This document shows, piece by piece, positions 11,850 to 23,069 of a stretch of DNA of 30,013 nucleotides. The DNA comes from Microthyrium microscopicum (lineage: Eukaryota), in NCBI GenBank assembly GCA_010405405.1, contig MU004230.1:4079119-4109131 (forward strand), read 5' to 3'. The position numbers were made by a program, and so were the translations under genes. Every line of letters starts with the position of its first letter. Position 1 is the first letter of the stretch. The notes under the pieces were generated by a model that was given only the letters and a program-made list of their open reading frames with translations, did no database searches and was not told where the DNA came from.

Positions 11850-13118
11850 CTACGTGGTTGACTCTGCCGCTTCTGGGCCTGGCTTCTTGAGATCAAGCTT
11901 CTCCTCAACCTTATGCAGCCCAGCAACCACCTTGTCCTTGATATTCTCCTTCTTGTCCTTATCTTCCACCGTATCATCTTTCTTGACTACATCTCCCGCC
12001 TTCGATGGTTCCGTCTTCTTCGCTACATCACCCTCGTCCATTACCGCCGCCGACTCATCCTTTTTCGCTACTTCAGCCGCCTTACTCGTCTCTACCTTCT
12101 TCTCTTCTTCCTCCTTCTTCGCCACCTCCACAGCCTTACTCTCTTTCTCAGCCGCCTCCGCAGCCTCACACTCCTCTTCATTTTCCTCCGGAATTGCCTG
12201 CGCATTCTCAATCGCCTTGATCTCCTCCTCGCTCGCCAAGCTCAAACTCGACCCCCGATGCACATTCGGCGGCGCATCGAAATGTTCCGGCCGGTACGCG
12301 CTTGACTGGCTTCCATGTCTGCTATGTGACTGTTCGCGCGCCGACATTGTAGATGGAGCTGGTGATGTTGGTGACTTTAGACCGACTGGCGAAGTTGGCG
12401 ACAATGGCGCCTCTGGTGTCGCGGCCATTGGTTTCGCGGTCATTGGAGATGCGGGCAGGGGTACTTTTGCGGGCGATGGTGGTGGCATCTCGCTTGCTCC
12501 AGCGGTTGTGGTTGTGGTCGCTGTGGTTGTTGAAGCAGCTTTCTTTTCTTTCGCGGCGTTTGCGCTCTCAAAGGCGGCTTGCCGTAGCGCGAGGGGTACA
12601 GAGGATGAGGGCGTGAGTGTCTCTGCGGCGGCGGCAGAAGAGGGCGTGGCGGATTTACTGGGTGTTGCGGTCGCTGAGGACATGGAGATGAAGGAGGTTT
12701 TTGCGGGGGTGGTGATTATGGATGTTGCGTTGGTTGCGACCGTGCCGATGGCGGCTTTTAGTTCGCCGAATTCGTTCCATTCTTCGACTTGTTCGAGATC
12801 CTATATCATCTACGATTAGTTCTTGCGCTCGCGTGAGTGGTGGGGGTGGTTGGGGAGAGAGAGCCAACGTACGCCTAGGTAGTCTCCTTCTTTGAATAGG
12901 AGAGGAAGCTTTTTGCCCTTGGCGCGCCGCTGATAGAGCTTTTTGGCCGACTCGTTAGTAGCGGTGTCGACGTAGCTGAAGGGAATGCGGTTGGCCTTAA
13001 GGATGGTTTCGATGCGCGATGTCGCGGTTATGATGGCGGAGGAGCCGCTGCTCAAGGAAGTGAATAGATAGAGGGCCTTGTCTTCCTCCCAGCTGCGAGT
13101 GTCTGTTTTGTCAGCCAT
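11850..13118 (-). CDS. SH3BGR-like/glutaredoxin-fold protein with long Pro/Ser- and Glu/Lys-rich disordered tail, ~398 aa
   Basis: Exon 1 (13118-12873) encodes LYLFTSLSSGSSAIITATSRIETILKANRIPF..D.AT...KLPLL. Intron 12872-12801 (GTACGT...CTAAT...TAG). Exon 2 starts DLEQVEEWNEFGELK and joins ORF 11850-12683 in frame. Confidence 0.82.
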
Positions 13119-13651
13119 GATGGGATATTTCTAATAAAATAGTGTATGTTCTTGGAAGCTTGGTTACGGGAAGCAGAAGTGGACGTTGTGGGGCGGTGGT
13201 TGTACACGAGAGGTGTATGAAGCTCAAGTCAAGTCCGTCCAACCTCACGCCAACTCCCAAGACTTGACCTCCCCACTCCATACTATCTCCAACATCTATT
13301 GGTTTCACAATGACGCCGGATCGTCGGATCACCGTCCCTTCTTACATGCTAGCCCATAGCCTACGTTAGTCCTAATTTCTACGCGAATGGTGCTGGTAAA
13401 CCGGCGGAGATGCTCCTTTCGTCCTAAGCGCGCAGCTATCGCACGAGCGACTAAGGGTTTAGGAACCAGTCAATTGCAGTACTGACTAGGTAAGTAAAGT
13501 GCGACAAGAAATACAGTGAGTCTCGGGCGCGAGAGGAGCTATTTCTGGTTATGATTTCCATAGCGAAATACAAGACAATGGTGGGTTGAGCCGTTTATTA
13601 GGTCTATCTATTATATTCATTATGAGGGTATTGTAGCATTCGAAAAATGTA

Positions 13652-14881
13652 TTACAAGATTCGAGAATCTCTGATGTCTCCCTCCATATCTGCCATAACA
13701 GTTTCTGTACGTCCTGCCTTTCGTTTCTTCAAGACGTTCTCAATGAACGCCTCTCCCGCCTTGTAACTTGACCTTACTAGAGGTCCGCTTGCGCAGTATA
13801 AGAAACCCATATCCATTGCACGCTCCTTCCATCTGTTGAAAACTTCAGGCGTTATGTACTCCTCAACTTGCATGTGCCTTCTTGTAGGCCGCATGTATTG
13901 ACCAAATGTAATCACATCCACTTTTACTGAACGAAGCGCTTTTAGCGCATCGTATATTTGTTCCTCCGTCTCGCCTAGACCAAGCATCATGGATGTCTTT
14001 GTGATGAGGTCCGGTTTCTCTTCTTTGGCCACTTGTAAAACACGCAGAGTTTGCTGGAAAGTTGCCCGTCTATCTCGTACAAAAGGGGTCAAGGCTTCCA
14101 CAGTTTCGATGTTATGGGCGAACACATCCAGACCACTTCTTGCGACCAGCCGAACCATCTCCTCGTTGCCAGCAAAATCACCAGAGAGTGTTTCGACTAA
14201 CATAGTAGGAGCCTTTTGCTTGATCTTTTGTATCGTTTCGGCCAGATGGTGTCCTCCACCATCAGGAAGATCATCTCGATCGACAGTCGTCAGAACAACG
14301 TAGCCGAGTCCCCATCTTCGTAGTGCTTCGGCAGTGTTTTCAGGCTCATGTGGATCCAGAGGCGCTGGATTCTTGGCAGTCTTAACGGAGCAGAATCTGC
14401 AGCCGCGAGTGCATGTATCGCCCATGAGCATGATTGTAGCAGTCGCGGCATTCTTATTATCGCCACCCCAGCATTCTGAGATGTTGGGACATCGCGCCTC
14501 CTCGCAAACTGTATGTAGATTGAGTCCTCGTAAATCAGCCTTGATCTTCTTGTAATTTGGATTGTCCGGTATCTTCGTTTTCAGCCAGGTGGGTAGGCGT
14601 GATACGGTCCGTTGACGACCAGGAGGGCCAACTTGAACAGTCTTGAGCTCATAGGCTTCAGACATTGATAAGGGAGCTTCATTGCGGGAAGAAACAAAGT
14701 CTGTGAATGATGGACCGGTGTTAAGACGGTCAGAAAAGGTGGTTGGAGAGCGGCGTGTCTTGGGTAGAGGTGGATCGGATGCTGAAGCGAAATGTCTAGA
14801 TGGGCGAGCGAAATGAGATGCGGACAGGGGGGATTGGGCAATGCAGGCGCGACATATTGAAACTGTAGCTCTGGGAGCCAT
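13652..14881 (-). CDS. LIP5: Mitochondrial lipoyl synthase (radical SAM)
   Basis: Auxiliary-cluster motif [13 protein letters not shown], radical SAM motif [20 protein letters not shown] and GPLVRSSY. Arg/Ser-rich presequence. Single ORF of 409 aa. Confidence 0.97.
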   Translation of the reverse strand: MAPRATVSICRACIAQSPLSASHFARPSRHFASASDPPLPKTRRSPTTFSDRLNTGPSFTDFVSSRNEAPLSMSEAYELKTVQVGPPGRQRTVSRLPTWLKTKIPDNPNYKKIKADLRGLNLHTVCEEARCPNISECWGGDNKNAATATIMLMGDTCTRGCRFCSVKTAKNPAPLDPHEPENTAEALRRWGLGYVVLTTVDRDDLPDGGGHHLAETIQKIKQKAPTMLVETLSGDFAGNEEMVRLVARSGLDVFAHNIETVEALTPFVRDRRATFQQTLRVLQVAKEEKPDLITKTSMMLGLGETEEQIYDALKALRSVKVDVITFGQYMRPTRRHMQVEEYITPEVFNRWKERAMDMGFLYCASGPLVRSSYKAGEAFIENVLKKRKAGRTETVMADMEGDIRDSRIL

Positions 14882-15353
14882 TGCCAGCTCCTGTGATATG
14901 GTAGAGATCTAAGAGAGTACAAAGACAAAAGATTGACTTTGCAGCAAGAAACAAGGTTCACTGTTGTCAGAGAAAGGTGGTTGAGAAATCAAACTGAAGT
15001 GACTCGCCACTGCCAATAATCGAACAGGCCCAAGCAAATCTCGGGTATCGTCGGACTTCACGTGCTGATATTCCGAAATACCGAATATGCCAGCCCTTTC
15101 GGCCCGATGTCAGATCTTCATGTCGTTTGGCTTCCACTTGTAGCTTCAGTATTATAAGTTGCGACACCAACTTTCATCACTTCCCATTAATATCATCCGC
15201 CCAGTTCTCTTCACTTGAGCATCTGGCTGTTATACCACTTTCTCTTGGTCACGCCTTCCGAGCTCAGTGCCCACTCACACCTGCATATCTTCGCCTGCGA
15301 TCGATTGTTTACCCCTTCCGTCGTGGTGCCAACCCCCCAGGTTATCGCGTCCA

Positions 15354-17384
15354 ATGGCTCCTCTCAGAAATCGCGCGGTGCGCCATCAAAATGATACAGA
15401 CCACATGATGGAAGGTCTTCCAGTCCGGAACTGGAGACGCGTAGAGAGCACTATTGCGGAACCTCCTGAGGAACAGGTCGTCACTACCACCATGAGATGG
15501 CCCGAACTGGCCATGCCGCGCGACTCCCACCTCCTCTCAGATGTTAGTCGCCAGCTTTTACGGATTGCAAGATATCCCAAAGTCTTGAAAGTTCGTTCAG
15601 CTCATGACGACGAGGATAAGGAACACGTTGATGAAGAGAATGGACATGCCAACGGCCAAGGTCTACCCGGCGCGAACAACCACAAGAGAAAACACGAGGA
15701 GATCAAGGGCTTCACTGTCAAGAAATGGTCTCAAATGCCAAAGGAATACAGTGCTCCAGATCCAGAATATCTGGCTAAACGGCGTAAAGGACTTCCCGTA
15801 GAGGGTCAAGTTTTGCCTTTTAATCCTCAAGGCCAGCCTAATGTTTTCCGCAACGTCAAAGTCAAGCGATTCGAACCAGATGGGACGTCTCACGTATATG
15901 AGGTTATGGCGCCAGTCGGACAGCCAGTTGAAGGGGAAATTGTTGAAGATAAATCTGCGGTCATTGAGACTGATCCTACACCGGCTCCGGGGACCATTAT
16001 TAGTGGAGTAGGAGTTGTCAATGACCAAGGCATCATCGTGAGCCAACCAGTTCCACAACAGAACAAGCGGAAACCTCCACCTCCTCCTAGAAAGAAGAAG
16101 AAGGGTCCATTTGGTCGTCATGGGAAGAAAATCGCGACTGAACTGGGACCTGATGGGCTTCCAGTCCATCCTCCAGGACCTTCTGACGCCCTTACTCCTG
16201 GAGGGTCTGAGGATACTCCAATGGGAGAAGCCGATGATGATGATGACGATGATGAGTCTGGAGAAGACGGCGAAGATCACGAGGAGCATGAAGGTAATGA
16301 AGATCACGAAGATGGAGAATTATCTGCATCTGCGACTCCAACAACTGTGCCTTCCAGCCTTCCACGAGATTCAAGTATCGAATTGCCTTCAACTCAAGAC
16401 CTTGCCAACCCAAATCATGGATTATCATCTCTTCGCTCTGAGATTCGACTGGAACCAGAAGCTTCCAACTCCCTCGCTGACTCGACTATTGCCCCATTGC
16501 CGACTAATGCTGATTCAAATGTACAGGCCGAAGAAGCGGCCGTATACGAGCAAGGCAACCAACCCATGAACCTAGATTCAGGCGAAACCCCAGGATATGC
16601 TATCGCGAAGACTCTGACTGATACGACGATGCTAGAATCACATTCGCTACTTCAAGATCCACTCTCTTCAAGCATGGCAAATGCGAACATTCCAGCATCT
16701 ATCATCGAAAATCCCATCGCTTTACCACCGGTGAGCACGTTCGACCCTATTCCAATGGAGTTGGATGCTTCCTCAAATGCATTTGAACCATCCTTACAGC
16801 AGCCTGTGTTGATCGCCCAACCTTCGATCGTAGAAGCTACTACCCCGGTCACAAACGAGTCGATGCCGCAACCAGCTACAGAAATTATTGCGGAGAGCAT
16901 TCCGCCAATTGTTACAGAGTCCGCCCCAACTTTCTTACCACCAGTTATGGAACCAGTCGTTGAGACAGTTACAAATCCAATTTTGGAACAAGCAATAGAA
17001 CCAGTTGTAGCTTTATTAGCAGAGTCAATCGCAGAACCAGTCATACCAGCACCTCAACCCGTTACGGAAGAAGTGCCAACGGCACTGAAATCAGCTCTGG
17101 AATCACATCAGCCAGCCGCACCGGACACGACAAGCGAAGTAATCATAGAAATAGCTCCCACCTCGAGTACACCACCAGAACTGGAACCAGTCTGTTCTGA
17201 GCTTCCGGAGTCGTCCACCGATCCCACAGTGCAACCTAATGCACCTGCAGTTGAGATCTCAGCTGAGCCATCAATTCCAGCATCAGAACCCACTGCATCA
17301 AACTCAGAGGGTACTGCGAAGCAGGACGAACCCGAAGACCCTTCACCCGCAGTCGAAACAGCTGAACCGGCTTCATCAACCTAG
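15354..17384 (+). CDS. Hypothetical, probably nuclear, low-complexity protein (~676 aa)
   Basis: Long intronless ORF; first ATG at 15354 (the track's GTG 15267 is unlikely to be the start). The N-terminal blocks MEGLPVRNWRR, WPELAMPRDSHLL and PEYLAKRRKGLP resemble a Pezizomycotina hypothetical family from memory. NLS-like KRKPPPPPRKKKK, Asp/Glu tract and Pro/Glu/Thr-rich tail. Divergent from LIP5 (472-bp gap). Confidence 0.8.
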   Translation: MAPLRNRAVRHQNDTDHMMEGLPVRNWRRVESTIAEPPEEQVVTTTMRWPELAMPRDSHLLSDVSRQLLRIARYPKVLKVRSAHDDEDKEHVDEENGHANGQGLPGANNHKRKHEEIKGFTVKKWSQMPKEYSAPDPEYLAKRRKGLPVEGQVLPFNPQGQPNVFRNVKVKRFEPDGTSHVYEVMAPVGQPVEGEIVEDKSAVIETDPTPAPGTIISGVGVVNDQGIIVSQPVPQQNKRKPPPPPRKKKKGPFGRHGKKIATELGPDGLPVHPPGPSDALTPGGSEDTPMGEADDDDDDDESGEDGEDHEEHEGNEDHEDGELSASATPTTVPSSLPRDSSIELPSTQDLANPNHGLSSLRSEIRLEPEASNSLADSTIAPLPTNADSNVQAEEAAVYEQGNQPMNLDSGETPGYAIAKTLTDTTMLESHSLLQDPLSSSMANANIPASIIENPIALPPVSTFDPIPMELDASSNAFEPSLQQPVLIAQPSIVEATTPVTNESMPQPATEIIAESIPPIVTESAPTFLPPVMEPVVETVTNPILEQAIEPVVALLAESIAEPVIPAPQPVTEEVPTALKSALESHQPAAPDTTSEVIIEIAPTSSTPPELEPVCSELPESSTDPTVQPNAPAVEISAEPSIPASEPTASNSEGTAKQDEPEDPSPAVETAEPASST

Positions 17385-18169
17385 TTTGTAAGATGTAATT
17401 GTTTTGTAAATCAATATAGCCACTATTCGCAGTGCATTGTCGGTCCCCTTTCCCAACATCATTTTCCTGCTGTGCATCTTGCATCCTCTTTCCGATTGCA
17501 TGTCCCCGAGTGCAGCATCGCATCTGGGACTCTCTTCTGTGTATGCTGTTGATTGGACAAGTAAGCAAGGCAAGAACATGGTCATGATTTTTGTTGGCCG
17601 CATATCCCACTTATGTATATGCACAAGGCTTTCGGCACTTGGATGGAGTCCAATTGGACAACAAGCTAGTACGCAGATCTCAGAGGTTTCCTGAAAGCTC
17701 ACGATCTCTCTACCCCAATGACATTCAATCCAAATGCGCCTAGCACAATACGTGGTTACCAACGAGCTTGGCTGTACTCTAGTGTAGAGTAAATCTAGGC
17801 ATTCATACCGTACTATCTGCGAGCAACCTGACACCCGATTTTAGTTTAACATTCCTGGCTTTCTATTCGCTATCGAGGAGGCATCAGAGATCGAGGATAT
17901 GCAATGCAAGTATGCGCTATCGTTCACAATGCTCTCGATCAATCAAGGCAGCGGAAAGCCAAATGGTGCAGCAGCGAAAACGCTGCCAAATGAGGACCAA
18001 CATGATATTCTCACCACCCGTGTGCTGTGGCTTGCGTGGATAGTATCCTGAAATTTATGTATTTGTACAGATTGTCACGCCCTTGAGTTTCTTGAACTTC
18101 CATTCCACAAGGCAATCCACCAAATTTCAACAAACTCTCCAAGCATCACAATATCTTTTTACAAACAAC

Positions 18170-18448
18170 ATGCAGTTCTCCAAATTTATCAACGTAGTTT
18201 TGCTCGCTTGCTTCAGCGCTACTGTCCTAGCAGTACCCCATCCCAATGCGGACACCAACGTCCTACAGCGTCGAGACTGTAGCTCGTGCATAGGCTTTTG
18301 CCAGGCGTCTTGCTATGGTGTTTATCTTGGTGGTCCCGCTGCCATAACTTGGTAAGCCTTGTATTGTCATCACCGACCGGTTGCTCCTTCACTAACTTTA
18401 CGGAATAGCACACAAAATTGTATCAAACAACAATGCCCCGGCTGCTAG
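18170..18448 (+). CDS. Small secreted cysteine-rich prepro-peptide (73 aa; predicted 38-aa mature peptide with 8 Cys)
   Basis: Exons 18170-18351 and 18409-18448; intron GTAAGC...ACTAAC...TAG. Product MQFSKFINVVLLACFSATVLA-VPHPNADTNVLQRR-DCSSCIGFCQASCYGVYLGGPAAITCTQNCIKQQCPGC. Good Kozak context (ACAACATG). Confidence 0.88.
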
Positions 18449-19530
18449 ATGATGAGAAGTTTTGTAGGCGGCAAAACTACTATAGCTGAAGATAGCACGT
18501 AGCAAACCATTTAAAGGGCTTTGGGAAGCAAGTTGTTGATATCATGGTCATGATGTTGCTTCAGTACTCTAAGTTGGTACCTGGCATAAAAATGTTACTT
18601 TCAAAACTACATGAATTTCTACCACTTCCGTACGTGTCTTTTTACTTAATAGTAGATGTCTTGTGGCCTAGTATTTGACTTTTAGCATGTACAGATAATG
18701 GGATTGAACACAGGCTTGCATACGATTCATATATGGCCTGGGCTGTGAAACACGGGCCAAAGTATCTGTAGATGTAAACATAGGTTAGCATGCGAATGAT
18801 ATATGGCCATGGCCTAGACATTGTCACCAGCTAACCCGGCTGCGAATCAGATTGAAGAGAATTCCACGGTTCCCAAGAATCCAAGACAGGGTATTGTACG
18901 CCTTTCTGGGAAGCTCCGATGTGTTCACAGGCCACCTCATATAAATCTAAGGGCTATACTTGCGAATAACCAGATACATAGTCATACTATGAGATTGATG
19001 TCAAAGCTCGATCCGGTTCCTGGGAATGGTTCCAAGCAGCTGTCCCAAGGCATGGGTCGGAAGTCGGTAGATGGCACTCTCCAGATACGCGAAAATTCTC
19101 GACTCTTTAAATCGCAAAATCATCAAGCTGATGCTGTGCTAGTTGGCATGTATACCTCCTGCTAATATGCTCACTCACCACTCATATGAAATCCAGCATA
19201 TTAAGCAGTGATGTAACAGTAGGCTATTCCGATGACAGGCCTAAATGGTACGGAAATGAATCCTCCGCTTGCTAGAATCTGGTCATTTCCCTTCCTAGTC
19301 TGTAGAGGTCGCGCGATCACATCGCCAGAAGGATCTCGCCAGGGAACCACAATGCCCCACAGCACATGGCTTCCTGGAATAGTGCATATCCTAATAACCG
19401 GGTGTCAGGCGGTGCTTTAAAAATACCCGATGATTGTTAATATATGATCGCTGTGGTCCTATAATAACTTTCACGATGCCACGGTCAGCTGTGAAGCTAT
19501 GAGGAGCCTGTTTATGTTCACTTGATTCTG

Positions 19531-20799
19531 ATGGGTTTCACTCGCTTGATATCGTTTCTAGCTCTTCTGGTAGCCGTGGTGCTGGGTGCCAAGCTTGAGG
19601 ATGGTATGTATTCATAGCATGGAACTTTGAGAGTTTCCAGGACTTGATGCGATTCATATACCGATACCAAAAGGCGCTGATTGCTGCAGGAAAGACACAT
19701 CGGCTACATCCGCTACGGCCCCTAATGCTTCCTCGTACCGCGACTCCACAAGTAGATACCACGATAGATCCAGCCAGCCAGATCCTCACTACCGAACACC
19801 ATCAACCTGGTCGTCCTGGATTTGGTGGTCCCGGTGGTTTTGGCGCAGGTCCTGGCTCAGGTCCGAAAGGAGGACCTTTCAAGCCGGGCGGCGGATTCGG
19901 TGGCCCTGAAGCTCGCGAAGCATCTCCACGATCACCGGGCGCAATCCCACGACCAAAAGCCCAGGCTCCCTACGGACCAGGTCCAGCTGGCCCTCCTCCC
20001 AGCGTTCCCTCAAATCATCCGGTCGGAGCAGGCGGCCAGTCACCACCACCAGCCAACACGGGCCCCATAGCTGTCAGCCTCAACGGCATCAACATCCCCT
20101 GCCGCGACTTTCCCGATAACTTCATCCAAAACCCCGAAAAGCTCGCCCACTTCAGCAAACCCTCGCGCTTCGACGCTGTCTGCTGGAGTCCCTCTTCACC
20201 GAACACCGTCGGCCCTGGCGCGCCCTCCCATCCTTACGTTGTGGCCAATGGCGGTCCAGCAAAGTCCTCGTCAGGGCCGGATCGCGGCTTTCTCAAGACC
20301 AAAACTGGCTGCTTCATCGGCGTGACTGAGACGGCAGATTATACCAAGAAAGACTATCAGACGCTACTGCCAGGCTGCAAAGTAGTGAGGGGCGCCGCAC
20401 ATTGGGTGGGTACATTGCAGGAGCAGTATTCGCGCAAAGATTGCTACGCGAGCCCGAGTCTGGATGCAAAGTCAAAGGATCTGGCGGGTCAGCGTGTGGT
20501 TGATCTCTCGTGCTTCACGGTTGGGCAGGATGTCAGGGGGAATACGACGTGGTATCAGAATAAGGAGGAGAAGTGCTACTTCCCTGGAGCAGTGTTTAAT
20601 GAAACTGGTTGGGCTGGTGAGTTAAGTTCTAGTGGAAGGTGGTTTGATATACTAACGGCGATTAGGAACAGAAGGGCTCAAATGTTCATCCTTCCTAAAT
20701 CCTCTGCAATGGATGGGTGGTAAAGGGAAGGAGAAGGCAAGACTGGAAGGAGAGCTTGACGAAGTTCCCCTGCGGCGTAGGAGAATACATAGCATATAA
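19531..20799 (+). CDS. Secreted Gly/Pro-rich protein with two tandem fungal SH3-like (SH3b-type) Cys-containing modules, ~377 aa
   Basis: Exons 19531-19603 (MGFTRLISFLALLVAVVLGAKLED, signal peptide), 19690-20616 and 20666-20799; both introns canonical and in frame. Two 4-Cys modules: IPCRDFP..FDAVCW..FLKTKTGCFI..LPGC and KDCYASP..VDLSCFTVGQDVRGNTTWYQNKEEKCYF..GLKC. Confidence 0.78.
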
Positions 20800-21190
20800 T
20801 TAGATTAAAGTTATGAAGTTCACGAGCTATGTAGGCTCTTTATGAAATATGGTCCATTCGAAGAACCAGATGAACGCTTATCTTGCAAAATGGACAAGTA
20901 CTGATCGTTGTGAATGGTCATGGTAAATGTATATGGGACACTGCTCACAAAACAAAAAGATTGAGGACTGTGCTGAGGCACATGGGGAGATTGGTTGATA
21001 TACCACTCTCCTCAAACACGACGATTAACTCATCTCTAGACTTGTTAATCAGGGTATAGAAGCGAAAGGAGATGGGCTCCATGAGACTTGATTAAAATGG
21101 ATATACTGCAAGAAAACATTTCGGCGTCTACTATTATAGTTGGCCTTTTCAAATCATTCGCTATGCACAATACAATGCCCCATTCACTCT

Positions 21191-23069
21191 CTACGAGCAC
21201 TTTCCGAAACCAGACTGGCATCCAGTTCCACAGAAAGCAGTTGTTGTTCCGCAGTAGCCATATTGCGAGCAGCACGATGAGGTACCACAGCTATAGCCGG
21301 TTGAACCACCACAGCTGCCGTCAGGCGATACAGTGGTGGAGCCTGAGCCTGAACCGGTACCAGTGCTGCCAGACCCGCTGCTGGTGCAAGTACCAAAGGC
21401 AGTTTGGCAGCCGGCGGAGCAGTAGTCGGTGCCAGTACCACAGTATCCGTATTGGGAGCAGCCTGGAAAGAGTTAGAAAGGAGCTTGGATGGGGCGAAGG
21501 GTGTACTTACATTGTCCGCTGGGGCATGAGCCCTTGGTGGCAGAGCAAGTTCCGTCAGTGGAGACCTTTCCGGCTGTAGAAGATGGAGTTGGGGATGCAG
21601 CAGCTGCCTTGGAGGAGCTGGCAGCTTTGCTTGGGGATGGAGAGGCGGCGGCCTTGGATGAGACAGCGGCCTTGGAGGAGACAGCGCCGGATGTGCAGCC
21701 TACACCGAAGGCATTTTGGCAGCCGGTACCGCAGTAGGCGGTTCCAGTGCCGCAGTAGCCGTATTGAGAGCAGCCTTGAAGAGGTCAGAACGTGTACTAT
21801 GAAAGAATGGAATGGTTGAACTTACATTGGCTGTTTTGGCAGACATATCCGTTGGTTCCACCACAGGTGTCATCTGGGCTTGGCTTTCCAGTAGGAGTAG
21901 CGGCAGAAGAGGAGGAAGCCTTAACTGAGGCAGTTGCGGATGCAGCTTTGGAGCTGACAGAAGCTGGGACGGATGAGGCGGACTTGGAGACAGTTGCTGA
22001 GACAGAAGAAGCGGGCTTGGTGGACGAAGTCGCTGGCTTGGTAGAAGACGCAGATGCTGGCTTGCTGGAAGAAGCCTTGGCACCGTTGGGAGCACGATAC
22101 CAGTTGGCAGCGGGGTCTCCAAGGCACTCGCCAACGGTGACAGACTTAAGTCCCTTTCCGTTGAGGTAGTTGATGATCCATGGGAGAACAGTGCTGGCTG
22201 TGACTGGTTCGGGATCATGGTTCAAAGAGATGGAACCACCGGCCTCATAACCTGTTTGGTAGTTCTGCTCGGCGGTGGATGGAGAAGTATCATCGTACTC
22301 CCAGTCAAGAGTATCAATATCAACTTCGATGACACTGTAACCCATAGCACCCAAGGTGGTGAGAACGGAAGGGGTGGTAGAGAGGTATGGCTGTTCGACT
22401 GTTAGCACGGTTCAACAATATTTTGAACACATAGAAGGTCAATTGGAGCTGGCTTCGCATAGTGCTTGCATGCTCGCTTTGATCAGGCTGAGAATAGGGA
22501 AGTTGGTTGCACAACCAATCAGACCGCAGGATCAAAGCAAAGTTTGTCGTGGCTCCAGGCTGTCCTTCCCGTCCACCCGCGGCCCAAACTCTGGCCGGGA
22601 TCGTTCCAAAATTGTGGTAATAAGAAATAAAGTATAAAGGTTAACTTACAGGACGCATGTACGTGGGAACAACTCCGATAATGTTGGCGAAAGCAACCTC
22701 AAGCTGGGTCATTTCCGACTGGATTTGAGCAGTGGTGAGTGTAGCTAGATCAGCGTGGTCCCAAGTGTGACTGCAAACTTGATGTCCACCGTTATATATT
22801 CTCTGGACAGTGGAGTTGTAGTTGTAAATGCTGTCATAGTTCAAGCCATTTTGGAAGAAAGTTCCCTTGTGACCGGATGCATCGAGGTCGTTGAGAATTG
22901 TTTCCGTGTATTGATATGGGCCATCGTCAAAGGTCAAAGCGACTTGGCCTTTGACTGTGCAGGCGCTGATGATTTTGCCCACGGCGATACTTCGCTTGGA
23001 ATGGCCTGGATGAGCAGCAACCAGAGTTGTAAGAGCAGACAGAGCTGCGACGGCCTTGATTCCTGCCAT
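21191..23069 (-). CDS. Secreted CE4 chitin deacetylase with three C-terminal CBM18 (hevein-like) chitin-binding domains, ~506 aa
   Basis: Exons 23069-22650, 22390-21826, 21774-21511 and 21462-21191. Signal peptide present. All five NodB motifs: TFDDGP, HTWDH, YMRP|PY, DTLDW, LNHD. Three CCSQYGYCG..YC/FC..GCQ..FG.C repeats separated by Ser/Ala/Lys or Gly/Ser linkers. Confidence 0.95.

Noticed and set aside
11824..12819. 331-aa plus-strand ORF
   Set aside because: In-register antisense mirror of the low-complexity SH3BGR-like gene; TTG start and no motifs.
13989..17834. Short ORFs antisense to or overlapping LIP5 and the 15354-17384 gene
   Set aside because: Shadow ORFs of real genes or 3' UTR sequence, with no recognisable domains.
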